A DNA stretch of 64,000 nt from an uncultured Erysipelotrichaceae bacterium (GTDB lineage: Bacteria; Bacillota_I; Bacilli_A; Erysipelotrichales; Coprobacillaceae), in the NCBI GenBank assembly GCA_900538465.1, contig UPXV01000008.1, forward strand, positions 1,436 through 65,435, read 5' to 3'. The position numbers and the translations under genes were made by a program. Every line of letters begins with the position of its first letter. The stretch's first letter is position 1. Under the pieces are notes generated by a model, which saw nothing but the letters and a program-made list of their open reading frames with translations, ran no database searches and had not been told where the DNA came from. Shown in pieces: positions 8,684 to 19,079 of the stretch.

Positions 8684-11332
8684 ATGGCAAGTAAAAAACA
8701 AGAGATTAGAAAACAAATTAAAAAGAAAGAAGCAAAGGAACTTGAGGAATTAGGACTGAATACAGAAGTTGAAGTTGTTGATTTAAGTGATGACTTAGGT
8801 GAGGACATTATTGTTGAAACATTTGAAGATGTTGTCAAGAAACCAATTGAACCGATTGAATTTAATACAGCACCTCAAAAACAGAAAAAAGGGTTGTTTG
8901 GATCAATCAAAGGAGTCTTTTCTCAAGATAATAAAATAATAAAGAAATTGGATAAACAAGCTCAAGAGGTTATGAGTTTAGAGTCAAAATATCAAGCAAT
9001 GAGTGATGAGGAATTGGCTCACCAAACAGAAATCTTTAAAGAAAAGATTGCAAATGGAGCAACGCTTGATGATTTATTAATTGAAGCTTTTGCAACGGTT
9101 AGAGAAGCAGCTTTTAGAAAATTAGGATTAAAAGCTTTTAAAGTTCAAATTATGGGGGCTATTTCATTACATAATGGTGATATTGCGGAAATGAAAACTG
9201 GTGAAGGAAAAACATTAACTTCTATTTTCCCTGTTTATTTGAATGCCTTAGAAGGAAAAGGTGTTCATGTTGTTACAGTTAATGATTATTTAGCTGAACG
9301 TGATAAAACAGATAATGGAAAAGTTTTAGAATTCTTAGGAATCAGTGTTGGTTTAAATAAACGTGAGTTATCTAAAGAAGAAAAACGTGCTCAACATGCT
9401 TGTGATGTTACATATACAACAAATGCTGAGCTGGGATTTGATTATCTAAGAGATAACATGGTAACAAGAATGGAAGATAAAGTTTTAAGACCTTTGAATT
9501 ATGCTTTGGTCGATGAAGTTGACTCTATCTTAATCGATGAATCAAGAACACCATTGATTATTTCTGGTGGTAAGAAAAATACAGCAGCTTTATATGTACA
9601 AGCTGATAAGTTTGTGAAATCTTTAAAAAATGAAAGAGATTATGAAGTTGATATTGAAAGCAAAACTGTTGCATTAACTGCAGAAGGAATTGAAAGAGCT
9701 GAAAAGAATTTCAAGATTAGCAATTTATATGATCCTGAAAATACAGCTTTGGTTCACCATATCAATCAAGCTTTAAAAGCAAACTATACAATGACTCGTG
9801 ATGTTGAATATATGATAGCAACTGAAGATGGAAGTCATGATATTCGTAATGCAAGCATTATGATTATTGATCAGTTTACAGGACGTGTTATGCCAGGACG
9901 TGCTTATAGTGATGGATTACATCAAGCTATTGAAGCAAAAGAAGGTGTACCAATCAAAGAAGAAACTGTGACTTTAGCAACTATCACTTATCAAAATTTC
10001 TTCCGTTTATTTAATAAATTGGCTGGTATGACTGGGACTGCAAAAACTGAAGAAGAAGAATTTAGAACAATCTATAACATGCGTGTTATTGAAATTCCTA
10101 CAAATAGACCTGTTATTCGTGATGATAAAGCAGATTTAGTCTTTGCAACACAAAAAGCAAAATATAAAGCGATTTGTGATGAGGTTGAAAAAAGACATAG
10201 TTATGGTCAACCAATCTTGCTTGGGACTGTTTCTGTTGAAACTTCTGAATTATTGAGTAAAATGTTGAATAAACGTGGAATTAGACATAATGTTTTGAAT
10301 GCGAAAAACCATGCAAAAGAAGCTTTGATTATTGAAAAAGCAGGGGTTATGGGTGCTGTAACGATCGCAACCAACATGGCAGGACGTGGAACTGACATTA
10401 AGTTAGGAGAAGGTGTTCCTGAAATTGGTGGATTAATGGTTATTGGTAGTGAAAGACATGAGTCTAGACGTATTGATAATCAGTTAAGAGGTCGTTCTGG
10501 TCGTCAAGGTGACCCTGGATGCTCATTATTCTTTGTTTCTTTTGAAGATGAATTGATGCAAAGATTTGCGAGTGAAAGAATTCAACAATTCACATCAAAT
10601 ATCTTAGAAGATGAAGTTATTGAAAACAAGATGGTTACAAAAGCTATCGAAGGTGCTCAAAAACGTGTCGAAGGACAAAACTTTGATATTCGTAAACAAT
10701 TATTACAATATGATGATATTATGAGACAACAACGTGAAATCATGTATAAAGAGCGTGATGATATTATGTCACAAGAAGATTTAGGTGATATTGTTAAAGG
10801 AATGTTTGATCAATCTGTTGAATTTACTGTTCGTAGCTTTACAAAACAAGATGGTAAGAATGATATTGTTGATGTGGATGGTGTTTTGAATTATATTTCT
10901 AAAAACTATATGTTATTGGCGACTTTAAAAGCTCATAACAAAGAAGAAATTGAAAACAATCCAGAAAAATTATCAAAGAGTTTATCTGAAGTTGTTTACA
11001 TGCAATATCAAAACAGATTTAATAAAGATTTACCACCTGAAATCAAATTAGATTATGAAAGAAGAGTTTTATTAGGTGTTATTGATCATACATGGATCAA
11101 TCATATTGATGCTATGCAAAAACTAAGAAATGGTATTTATTTAAGAGCTTATGCTCAAAAAGATCCATTACAAGAATATACAGAAGAAGCTTTCTATATG
11201 TTTGAAGAAATGACAAAATCAATTGCTCAAGATATCGCTAGAAATATTGTTCATATGGGAGTTGCTCCTGGTAGTGAACAAGAACAACAAATTCCTGCAG
11301 TTCAAATTGAATTAGAATTCAAGGCTGATTAA
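8684..11332 (+). CDS. secA: preprotein translocase subunit SecA (with about 70-aa N-terminal extension)
   Basis: Canonical SecA from GLFGSIKGVF (aligns to B. subtilis MLGILNKMF) through DEAD motor, Walker A/B, C-terminal region; in-frame upstream extension begins at ATG 8684 with strong SD. Confidence 0.9.
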   Translation: MASKKQEIRKQIKKKEAKELEELGLNTEVEVVDLSDDLGEDIIVETFEDVVKKPIEPIEFNTAPQKQKKGLFGSIKGVFSQDNKIIKKLDKQAQEVMSLESKYQAMSDEELAHQTEIFKEKIANGATLDDLLIEAFATVREAAFRKLGLKAFKVQIMGAISLHNGDIAEMKTGEGKTLTSIFPVYLNALEGKGVHVVTVNDYLAERDKTDNGKVLEFLGISVGLNKRELSKEEKRAQHACDVTYTTNAELGFDYLRDNMVTRMEDKVLRPLNYALVDEVDSILIDESRTPLIISGGKKNTAALYVQADKFVKSLKNERDYEVDIESKTVALTAEGIERAEKNFKISNLYDPENTALVHHINQALKANYTMTRDVEYMIATEDGSHDIRNASIMIIDQFTGRVMPGRAYSDGLHQAIEAKEGVPIKEETVTLATITYQNFFRLFNKLAGMTGTAKTEEEEFRTIYNMRVIEIPTNRPVIRDDKADLVFATQKAKYKAICDEVEKRHSYGQPILLGTVSVETSELLSKMLNKRGIRHNVLNAKNHAKEALIIEKAGVMGAVTIATNMAGRGTDIKLGEGVPEIGGLMVIGSERHESRRIDNQLRGRSGRQGDPGCSLFFVSFEDELMQRFASERIQQFTSNILEDEVIENKMVTKAIEGAQKRVEGQNFDIRKQLLQYDDIMRQQREIMYKERDDIMSQEDLGDIVKGMFDQSVEFTVRSFTKQDGKNDIVDVDGVLNYISKNYMLLATLKAHNKEEIENNPEKLSKSLSEVVYMQYQNRFNKDLPPEIKLDYERRVLLGVIDHTWINHIDAMQKLRNGIYLRAYAQKDPLQEYTEEAFYMFEEMTKSIAQDIARNIVHMGVAPGSEQEQQIPAVQIELEFKAD

Positions 11333-12447
11333 TGGAACTATATGAAATTAAGAATGGGCTTGAAAAAGCCCGTTCTTTACTAGATGAGTTATTTATTTCT
11401 ATTGATATCGAAGGTTTAAAAAGAGAAATTGAAGGATTAACAGTTCAAACAATGGATGAACATTTTTGGGATGATCAAGATCATGCCAAAAAGATTTATG
11501 ATCAATTAAATGAAATGAAAAAATCAACAGATGCTTATGATCATTTAATATCATTGTTAAATGAATTAAATGAAACATATGAGTATGTGAAAGAAACAGA
11601 TGATGCTGATTTCAAAGAAGTCCTTGATCAAGATTTTGAACAATTTGAAAAAACTTTAAATGATTTTGAAAAAACATTATTATTCTCTGGAGATTATGAT
11701 CATCATAATGCTATTTTAGAAATTCATCCAGGGGCTGGTGGAACAGAATCACAAGACTGGGCATCAATGTTGATGCGTATGTATCAAAGATATGGTGATA
11801 AAAAGGGTTGGAAAGTGGAAGTTTTAGATTATCTTGATGGTGAAGAAGCTGGTTTAAAATCAGTAACAATACGTTTTGTGGGATATAATGCGTATGGACA
11901 TTTAAAAGCTGAAAAGGGTGTTCATCGTTTGGTTCGTATTTCTCCATTTGATTCTTCAAAAAGACGTCATACATCTTTTGCATCTGTTGATGTGATGCCG
12001 GAATTTGATAATGATATTGAGATTGATTTGGATATGAATGATGTTCGTATTGATACTTATCGTGCTTCTGGAGCTGGAGGACAACATATCAATAAAACAG
12101 ATTCGGCTATTCGTATGACACATATTCCAACGAATATTGTTGTGACTTGTCAATCGCAAAGGTCACAAATTCAAAATAGAGAACAAGCTTTGATTATGTT
12201 GAAGACAAAGTTATATCAATTGATGGTAGAAGAACAAGCTTCAAAATTAAGTGAAATTAAAGGTGAACAAAAAGCGATTGAATGGGGAAGTCAAATCCGT
12301 TCCTATGTTTTACATCCTTATTCAATGGTGAAAGATAATCGTAGTGGGTATGAAACAAATAATCCAAAAGCCATATTAGATGGTGAATTGGATGATTGTA
12401 TTTATGCTTATTTAAAATCTATGGTGAAGGAGGAAGATAATGCATAG
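11332..12447 (+). CDS. prfB: peptide chain release factor 2, uninterrupted ORF (no programmed frameshift)
   Basis: SPF-containing region HPGAGGTESQDW and GGQ motif SGAGGQHINKTDSAIRMTHIPTN; start overlaps secA stop (TAATGG). Confidence 0.9.
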   Translation: MELYEIKNGLEKARSLLDELFISIDIEGLKREIEGLTVQTMDEHFWDDQDHAKKIYDQLNEMKKSTDAYDHLISLLNELNETYEYVKETDDADFKEVLDQDFEQFEKTLNDFEKTLLFSGDYDHHNAILEIHPGAGGTESQDWASMLMRMYQRYGDKKGWKVEVLDYLDGEEAGLKSVTIRFVGYNAYGHLKAEKGVHRLVRISPFDSSKRRHTSFASVDVMPEFDNDIEIDLDMNDVRIDTYRASGAGGQHINKTDSAIRMTHIPTNIVVTCQSQRSQIQNREQALIMLKTKLYQLMVEEQASKLSEIKGEQKAIEWGSQIRSYVLHPYSMVKDNRSGYETNNPKAILDGELDDCIYAYLKSMVKEEDNA

Positions 12448-13324
12448 TATTGCAAGAGTGGTAAGAGATAGTTTATTAGTTGTTTTAGGTAATGCTATTT
12501 TGGCATTTGGTGTTGCTGTATTTGCTGTTCCTTCTGATTTGATTGTCGGAGGAGCTACTGGTCTATCGTTGATTCTTGGACAATTTATTCCCATGAACTA
12601 TGCAACAATTGTTTTTGGCATTAATATGGTGATGTTAGTTATTGGCTTTTTTGTGTTAGGAAAAAAGTTTGCAGCAGGAACAGTTTTAAGTTCATTCCTC
12701 TTTCCAACATTTTTAGGAATATTTGAAGCTATTCCTCAATTACAGCATATGACGAGTGATATTTTATTGTCAGCTATTTATGCTGGAATCTTTACTGGAG
12801 TTGGACTTGGAATCGTCTTTCGATTAGGTTATAGTACAGGTGGTATGGATGTTCCACCAATTATTCTGAATAAAAAGATGGGTGTTTCTGTGGCTTTAGC
12901 AATTAATGTTTTGGATATTATGATTTTAGTTGGACAAGTCTTTTTCTCAAGTTTTGAAGGTATTCTTTATGGTATTATTACAGTCTTTGTTTCAACATTT
13001 GTATTGGATCAAGTGATTGTTATGGGGGAAAAGAACTTACAAGTCTTTGTCATTTCTGCTCATCATGAAGAGATTGCTGAAGCTATTTTTCAAGAAATTG
13101 ATCGTGGATGTACTTTTGTGAATGTGACAACAGGGTATTTTCATGATCAACAAAAAGCAGTTTTATGTGTAGCTAATAATCGTGAATATGCGAAAATTAA
13201 TGATTTGGTTATGAATATAGATCCAACAGCATTTATTATTGGAAGTGAAATCCATAGTGTTAAAGGAAGAGGGTTTACTTTACCTAATGTTGATTTGGAA
13301 AAACATTTTAAAGATCATCAATAA
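12440..13324 (+). CDS. yitT: YitT family membrane protein (DUF161/DUF2179)
   Basis: Five-TM N-terminal region + C-terminal DUF2179-like domain (GCTFVNVTTGYFHDQQKAVLCV). Confidence 0.7.
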   Translation: MHSIARVVRDSLLVVLGNAILAFGVAVFAVPSDLIVGGATGLSLILGQFIPMNYATIVFGINMVMLVIGFFVLGKKFAAGTVLSSFLFPTFLGIFEAIPQLQHMTSDILLSAIYAGIFTGVGLGIVFRLGYSTGGMDVPPIILNKKMGVSVALAINVLDIMILVGQVFFSSFEGILYGIITVFVSTFVLDQVIVMGEKNLQVFVISAHHEEIAEAIFQEIDRGCTFVNVTTGYFHDQQKAVLCVANNREYAKINDLVMNIDPTAFIIGSEIHSVKGRGFTLPNVDLEKHFKDHQ

Positions 13325-13325
13325 G

Positions 13326-13367
13326 AAAAGAAGATTACAATTTTTAAGATTGAAATCTTCTTTTTTA
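13326..13367. terminator. bidirectional intrinsic terminator between yitT (+) and DUF1700 gene (-)
   Basis: AAGAAGATT...AATCTTCTT stem flanked by A-run and T-run. Confidence 0.55.
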
Positions 13368-13751
13368 ATATGGCATTTCTTCAATAACAACTTCTTCATA
13401 TTCAATTTGATTTTCTAGGTAATTTTGATGAATTTGATAATGAGACCATAAAATATAACCACCAATACAAATAACAGTTGTGATAAAAACAATAGAGGCA
13501 TATTTAATAAATCTTTTGAATTTCATGTGAGTAATAATATATTCACTTTCTATATGTTCAAAAAACGTAGACACAATTTCAAGAGGGGTACCAAAGTGTT
13601 CAACCAGATCATGGTATTGAACTTGTTGATGATTGATTTCATATTCTTCTAAATACGTTTTAATATATTGTAAATATCTTTTTTCTGTTTTTCCTAGGAC
13701 GGGGAAGCTACGACGAATAGCTTGATAATACTTTTTTGTTTGTTTATTCAT
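13365..13751 (-). CDS. DUF1700-like membrane protein (PadR operon partner)
   Basis: 128 aa, N-terminal soluble region + C-terminal TM helix; overlaps upstream PadR gene by 8 nt, the typical PadR-DUF1700 pair. Confidence 0.5.
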   Translation of the reverse strand: MNKQTKKYYQAIRRSFPVLGKTEKRYLQYIKTYLEEYEINHQQVQYHDLVEHFGTPLEIVSTFFEHIESEYIITHMKFKRFIKYASIVFITTVICIGGYILWSHYQIHQNYLENQIEYEEVVIEEMPY

Positions 13752-14085
13752 AACTATCCACTCCTTCTTTTTGATAATTTAACAAATCATCAATAGAATG
13801 AACAATATTATGATAATTTCTTTTCAAAGTATCCAAACGCACACGACCACTATTTTCAATATGATAATAAGTTGTATGAGCAAAACGAGTTTGTGAAATT
13901 AAATTGGCTTCTTCAAAATAAAAAAGTGAAGTCAAAACCGTTCCTGCCTTGATATGAATCATATCATGGCTATGTTTTTGAATAATTGTTTGAATTTGGT
14001 CACAAGTATAATCATCCTGTGATAAAATAGAAAGAATGATCATTTCTAATTTATAAAAATAATCATTTTTAATCATATGTATCAA
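13744..14085 (-). CDS. PadR family transcriptional regulator
   Basis: Winged-helix PadR pattern (LEMIILSILSQDDYTCDQIQTII...GTVLTSLFYFEEANLIS). Confidence 0.65.
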   Translation of the reverse strand: MIHMIKNDYFYKLEMIILSILSQDDYTCDQIQTIIQKHSHDMIHIKAGTVLTSLFYFEEANLISQTRFAHTTYYHIENSGRVRLDTLKRNYHNIVHSIDDLLNYQKEGVDSYE

Positions 14086-14107
14086 CCCCTTATTACAATT
14101 ATAACAG

Positions 14108-14959
14108 TTATTTTTGATAAGAAAAGAACTGTTGTATAAATTCTTGAATTCTTGGGTTTAAATCTTCTTGTTTTCTTGTGATAAAGACAATATCACTATA
14201 GATTCCTTTATCCATCAAAGGAACAGTTATGAGATGGCTATTTTGAATAAGGGTTAAAGCACTTTGAGGGACAATTGCAATTCCAAGGTGACAAGAAGCC
14301 CATATTAAGGATGTACGACAATCATCACTGGTCATTTTAATAAAAGGATTAAAATGAAGATTTAGGCAATAATCAGTAATGAGAGGAAGATATCTTTGAT
14401 GAATAATCAAAGGTAATCCTTGATAATCTTTCATATGATTCATATTTGGATTTAAATATTGTGATGTTCCAACAGCCACCATAGGTTCTTTTATAAAGTG
14501 TTGAACATGCACTTGACTTTGATCAAAAGGAGTTCTGACAATTCCTAAATCAATATTATGAGCGATTAATAAATCAATCAATTCATATGTTGTTCCTTCA
14601 TGAATACGAAAGGAAAGATTTTGATGTTGTTGGATATAATCTGAGATATTTTCAATCAAAGCACAATTTGATGAAGTAATACCGATTCTTAAGACTTCAT
14701 TTTGTGTTTCTTTCATTTCATGGAGTGTCATTTCATGAAGCGTAATCATTTGAAGAGAACGTTTATAGAAAAGACGTCCAGCATTTGTCAATTCTACTTT
14801 TCTATGACCACGTTTTAAGAGTTGCACACCGACTTCTTCTTCTAATTGTTTTAATTGCATAGACAAAGGAGGTTGTGCCATATGAAGTGTTTTGGCTGCT
14901 TTAGAGATTGTTCCTTCTTCTACAATTGTTTTAAAGTAAATCATTTGTTTAATATCCAT
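14108..14959 (-). CDS. LysR family transcriptional regulator
   Basis: N-terminal HTH (MIYFKTIVEEGTISKAAKTLHMAQPPLSMQLKQLEEE) + LysR substrate-binding domain; divergent from ABC exporter pair. Confidence 0.85.
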   Translation of the reverse strand: MDIKQMIYFKTIVEEGTISKAAKTLHMAQPPLSMQLKQLEEEVGVQLLKRGHRKVELTNAGRLFYKRSLQMITLHEMTLHEMKETQNEVLRIGITSSNCALIENISDYIQQHQNLSFRIHEGTTYELIDLLIAHNIDLGIVRTPFDQSQVHVQHFIKEPMVAVGTSQYLNPNMNHMKDYQGLPLIIHQRYLPLITDYCLNLHFNPFIKMTSDDCRTSLIWASCHLGIAIVPQSALTLIQNSHLITVPLMDKGIYSDIVFITRKQEDLNPRIQEFIQQFFSYQK

Positions 14960-15049
14960 AATTTCTCCTATATTTATAAAGTATACTGATTATATGAAAT
15001 ATATATTATACATATAATATCATTTCGTTTATAATAAAACAAGAAAGAG

Positions 15050-16759
15050 GTGTATTCTATGTGGATGAAATATATAAAACCTTATCGTTTTCAAGCAATA
15101 ACAGGCTTTATTTTTAAAATGATAGAAGCGTTTTTTGAATTAATTGTTCCATTAGTGGTTGCTGATATTATTGATAATGGAATTGCCAATAAGAATCAGC
15201 AATATATTTTAAAAATGGGAGTTGTTCTTTTTTTATTAGCCTTGATTGGATATAGTTGTGCTTTGGTTTGTCAATATTTTGCATCAAAGACATCACAAGG
15301 TTTTGGAACTTATTTAAGAAATGATATGTTTAAAGCCATTAATCGTTATGATTATGAGGAATTGGATGAAATTGGAACACCATCATTGATTACACGTATG
15401 ACAAATGATGTCAATCAATTACAGGTTGCGGTTGCAATGGCTATTCGTTTGGTTTCGCGTTCTCCTTTTTTAATCATGGGTTCTTTAATTATGGCTTTTC
15501 GAATTAATGTTGAGATGGCTTTGATCTTTTTGTTAACATCACCATTATTAGCTTTAGCCATCTATTTGGTTATGTCTCATTCATTACCCCTTTATGTTCG
15601 TATTCAAAAACAACTTGATAAAGTTTCATTGGTTTGTCGTGAAAATTTATCAGGGATTAGAGTTATCCGTGCTTTTTCAAAACAATATCAAGAAAAGAAC
15701 CGTTTTGATGAAGCAACACAAAGACAAAAAGATATGCAGATTAAAGTTGGAAAATTATCTGCTTTATTAAATCCTTGTACAAGTATAATTGTCAATTGTG
15801 CTATTCTTTGTATTCTTTATGTTGGAGGATTAAAAGTCAATGTTGGAACACTAACGCAAGGAGAAGTAATAGCGTTAATTAATTATATGAATCAAATTCT
15901 ATTATCAATGTTTGTTTTTGCAAATGTGATTGTGATCTTCAATAAAGCCAGTGCAAGCTATAAACGTGTTCAAGAAGTTTTGGCTATTCAACCACATATT
16001 CATGATGGTCAACAAAATTATAGTGATGATAGTGCTCCAATCGTCGAATTTCAAGATGTTTCTTTTGCTTATCAAAATGCTGATGCTTTAAAGAATATTT
16101 CTTTTCAAGTGAAAAAAGGGGAAACAATAGGGATTATTGGAGGAACTGGTTCAGGAAAATCAACATTGGTCAATTTAATTCCACGCTTTTATGAAGCAAC
16201 ATCAGGGAAGATTCTTATAAAGGGTTATCCGGTAGATAATTATTCATTTTCATTTTTAAGAAAGATGATTGGAATTGTTCCTCAACAAGCGGTTTTATTT
16301 AGTGGCAGTATCAAAGATAACTTAAAATGGGGTCGAAAAGACGCTACTGATATGGAAATGAGAGAAGCATTGTCACTTGCTCAGGCGGACTTTGTAGAAG
16401 AGTTAGAACAAGGATTGGATACATATATTCATCAAGGGGGTAAGAATCTCTCTGGGGGACAAAGACAACGTTTAACGATTGCAAGAGCATTGGTGAAAAA
16501 ACCAGAAATCTTAATTCTTGATGATAGTGCCAGTGCTTTAGATTTTGCGACTGATGCTGCTTTAAGAAAGTCATTGAAGTCTATCCAACAAACAACTTTT
16601 ATTGTTTCTCAAAGAGTGAGTAGTTTAATGCATGCCAATCAGATTATTGTTTTAAGTCATGGGGAAATGGTTGGTTTAGGAAGTCATGAAGAATTGATGA
16701 AAAATTGTGAAGTTTATCGTGAAATTGCAACATCACAATTATCAGGGGAGGTGGCATAA
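15050..16759 (+). CDS. ABC transporter permease/ATP-binding protein (heterodimeric exporter subunit, LmrC/YheI-like)
   Basis: 6-TM domain + NBD with Walker A GGTGSGKST, signature LSGGQRQR, Walker B ILILDD. Confidence 0.85.
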   Translation: MYSMWMKYIKPYRFQAITGFIFKMIEAFFELIVPLVVADIIDNGIANKNQQYILKMGVVLFLLALIGYSCALVCQYFASKTSQGFGTYLRNDMFKAINRYDYEELDEIGTPSLITRMTNDVNQLQVAVAMAIRLVSRSPFLIMGSLIMAFRINVEMALIFLLTSPLLALAIYLVMSHSLPLYVRIQKQLDKVSLVCRENLSGIRVIRAFSKQYQEKNRFDEATQRQKDMQIKVGKLSALLNPCTSIIVNCAILCILYVGGLKVNVGTLTQGEVIALINYMNQILLSMFVFANVIVIFNKASASYKRVQEVLAIQPHIHDGQQNYSDDSAPIVEFQDVSFAYQNADALKNISFQVKKGETIGIIGGTGSGKSTLVNLIPRFYEATSGKILIKGYPVDNYSFSFLRKMIGIVPQQAVLFSGSIKDNLKWGRKDATDMEMREALSLAQADFVEELEQGLDTYIHQGGKNLSGGQRQRLTIARALVKKPEILILDDSASALDFATDAALRKSLKSIQQTTFIVSQRVSSLMHANQIIVLSHGEMVGLGSHEELMKNCEVYREIATSQLSGEVA

Positions 16760-18507
16760 TGGATATAAAGACAATCAAAAGACTTATTTCATTTTGTCGT
16801 CCTTATATGAAGTATTTATATATGGCATTGCTTTTTTCAGCGGGACAGATTATTTTTACTTTATTGACACCAGTTTTAATTGGACAGGCAGTGGATCATA
16901 TTATTGGTGTTGGTTTGGTTGAATTTGATTTGTTGTTAGAAAAAATGATTCTTATTGCTGTGTGTGTATGTATTGCAGAGGTTTTTGATTGGTTGGTTGT
17001 GAGAATGTCTAATACAATGACTTATTCTATTACTAAAGATTTAAGAACACAGTTGTTTGCAAAATATACAACTTTACCTTTATGTTATATTGATGGTCAT
17101 TCTCATGGTGATTTATTGAGTCGTATGATTAATGATATTGATTTAATTGGAGACGGATTGTTACAAGGTTTTACACATCTTTTTAGTGGTATAGCAACGA
17201 TTATTGGAACAATTTGTTTTATGTTGTATATTAATATTCCAGTTGCTTTGATTGTTATTGTTTTAACGCCTTTATCTTTGGTTGTAGCGACTTTTATTGC
17301 CAATCGTACATATAAGTATTTTCAAGAACAATTGTCTTTACGTGGTGAGTTGAGTGGCTATGTTGAAGAAATGGTTGGAAATCAAAAAGTTGTTAAGGCT
17401 TTTGGATATGAAAAAGAAAATGAAGAACGATTTATGGAAATCAATCAAAGAGTCTATGTAAGTGGTGTAAAATCACAATTTTTAGGAGCATTAGCAAATC
17501 CTAGTACACGTGTTGTGAATAATATTGTTTATGCGAGTGTTTGTATTGCTGGTTCATTATTTGTTGTATCTGGAAAGATGAGTGTTGGGGCATTATCAAG
17601 CTTTTTAAGTTATGCTAATCAATATACAAAACCATTTAATGAAATTTCTAATGTTTTTACAGAATTGCAGACAGCTTTTGCAAGTGCAAATCGTGTTTTT
17701 CAATTGTTAGATACAAAGAGTGAAGATGTTATTGAAAATCCAAAACAGTTAGAAAATGTAAAAGGACATATTCAAATTCAAAATCTTTCATTTTCATATG
17801 AAGACGATCAAAAATTAATTGAAGATTTAAATGTTGAAGCAAAGCCAGGACAAACGATTGCAATTGTAGGACCAACAGGTTGTGGAAAAACAACTTTAAT
17901 TAATCTATTAATGAGATTTTATGAACCTAAAGCTGGAAAGATTCTGATTGATGGAGTCAATACTCAAGACATGCAAAGAGAATATTTACGTAGTCTTTAT
18001 GGAATGGTTTTACAGGATTCATGGTTGTTTGCTGGAACAATCAAAGAAAATATTGCTTATGGTCGTGATGCTAGTGATGAAGAAATTATGGAAGCAGCCA
18101 AGAGTGCACATGCGCATAAATTTATTATGCAACTTAAAGATGGTTATGAGACTTTTGTCAGTGAAGAAGGTGGAAATCTTTCTCAAGGACAAAAACAATT
18201 GTTATGTATTGCACGTATTATGTTGATGAAACCACCAATGTTGATTTTAGATGAAGCAACGTCTTCTATTGATACCCGTACAGAAAAACAAATTCAGGAT
18301 GCTTTTGATAAGATGATGAAAGGAAGAACAACTTTTATTGTTGCTCATCGATTATCAACTATTCAAAAAGCAGATCAGATCCTTGTCATGAATCATGGAC
18401 AAATTATTGAACAAGGTCGTCATGAAGAATTATTAAAACAAAACGGTTTTTATCATCATTTATATTATAGTCAGTTTGATATTCAAGATGAAAAGGAAAG
18501 AAAATAG
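16759..18507 (+). CDS. ABC transporter permease/ATP-binding protein (heterodimeric exporter subunit, LmrD/YheH-like)
   Basis: 6-TM domain + NBD Walker A GPTGCGKTT, signature LSQGQKQL, Walker B LILDEATS; start overlaps upstream stop (ATAATGG). Confidence 0.85.
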   Translation: MDIKTIKRLISFCRPYMKYLYMALLFSAGQIIFTLLTPVLIGQAVDHIIGVGLVEFDLLLEKMILIAVCVCIAEVFDWLVVRMSNTMTYSITKDLRTQLFAKYTTLPLCYIDGHSHGDLLSRMINDIDLIGDGLLQGFTHLFSGIATIIGTICFMLYINIPVALIVIVLTPLSLVVATFIANRTYKYFQEQLSLRGELSGYVEEMVGNQKVVKAFGYEKENEERFMEINQRVYVSGVKSQFLGALANPSTRVVNNIVYASVCIAGSLFVVSGKMSVGALSSFLSYANQYTKPFNEISNVFTELQTAFASANRVFQLLDTKSEDVIENPKQLENVKGHIQIQNLSFSYEDDQKLIEDLNVEAKPGQTIAIVGPTGCGKTTLINLLMRFYEPKAGKILIDGVNTQDMQREYLRSLYGMVLQDSWLFAGTIKENIAYGRDASDEEIMEAAKSAHAHKFIMQLKDGYETFVSEEGGNLSQGQKQLLCIARIMLMKPPMLILDEATSSIDTRTEKQIQDAFDKMMKGRTTFIVAHRLSTIQKADQILVMNHGQIIEQGRHEELLKQNGFYHHLYYSQFDIQDEKERK

Positions 18508-18508
18508 T

Positions 18509-19079
18509 ATGGAAAGATTAGAAACACAAAGACTTATTTTAAGGCCATTTTGTAAAGATGATGTCGCTGCCATTTATGATATCTTTAGTGATGTAGAAGT
18601 TAACCGCTTTTTACCTTGGTTTCCTTTGCAATCAAAAGAGGAAGCACAAAAGTTTCTTGAAGAAAGATATCTCAGTCAAGAGAGTGGTTATCAATATGCC
18701 ATATGTTTAAAAAACAATCATGTTCCTATTGGATATATTCATGTAAGTGGGGGATGAGAGTCATGATTTTGGCTATGGTTTAAAAAAAGAGTTTTGGCAT
18801 CAAGGAATTGTTAGTGAAGCATGTCAGGTGGTTATTGAGGTATTAAAAAAGGATAACATTCCTTTTATAACTGCAACACATGATATTTTGAATCCTCATA
18901 GTGGAATGGTCATGAAAAAAATAGGGATGACATATCAATACACTTATCAAGAACATTGGATGCCAAAAGATATAGATGTGACATTTCGCATGTATCAGCT
19001 TAATTTTCAAAAGGATATCCCAGTCTATAAAAAATATTGGGATATGTATCCACATAGTATAGAAAAAAACAATCTGTAG
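18509..19079 (+). pseudogene. GNAT family N-acetyltransferase (RimJ/RimL-like) interrupted by +1 frameshift in a G5 homopolymer
   Basis: N-part MERLETQRLILRPF...IGYIHVSGG* and C-part (+1 frame) DESHDFGYGLKKEFWHQGIVSEA...; removing one G of GGGGG at 18749-18753 restores HVSGDESHDFGYGL. Confidence 0.7.

Noticed and set aside
10207-10398. 63-aa minus-strand ORF inside secA
   Set aside because: Fully antisense to a strongly supported essential gene; no SD; composition consistent with chance ORF
11711-12159. Two minus-strand ORFs (90 and 67 aa) inside prfB
   Set aside because: Antisense to conserved RF2 coding sequence; no independent signals
16344-18226. Small ORFs on both strands inside the ABC transporter genes (16344-16574, 16707-16922, 17103-17303, 17948-18226)
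   Set aside because: Embedded in conserved NBD/TMD coding sequence; no signals
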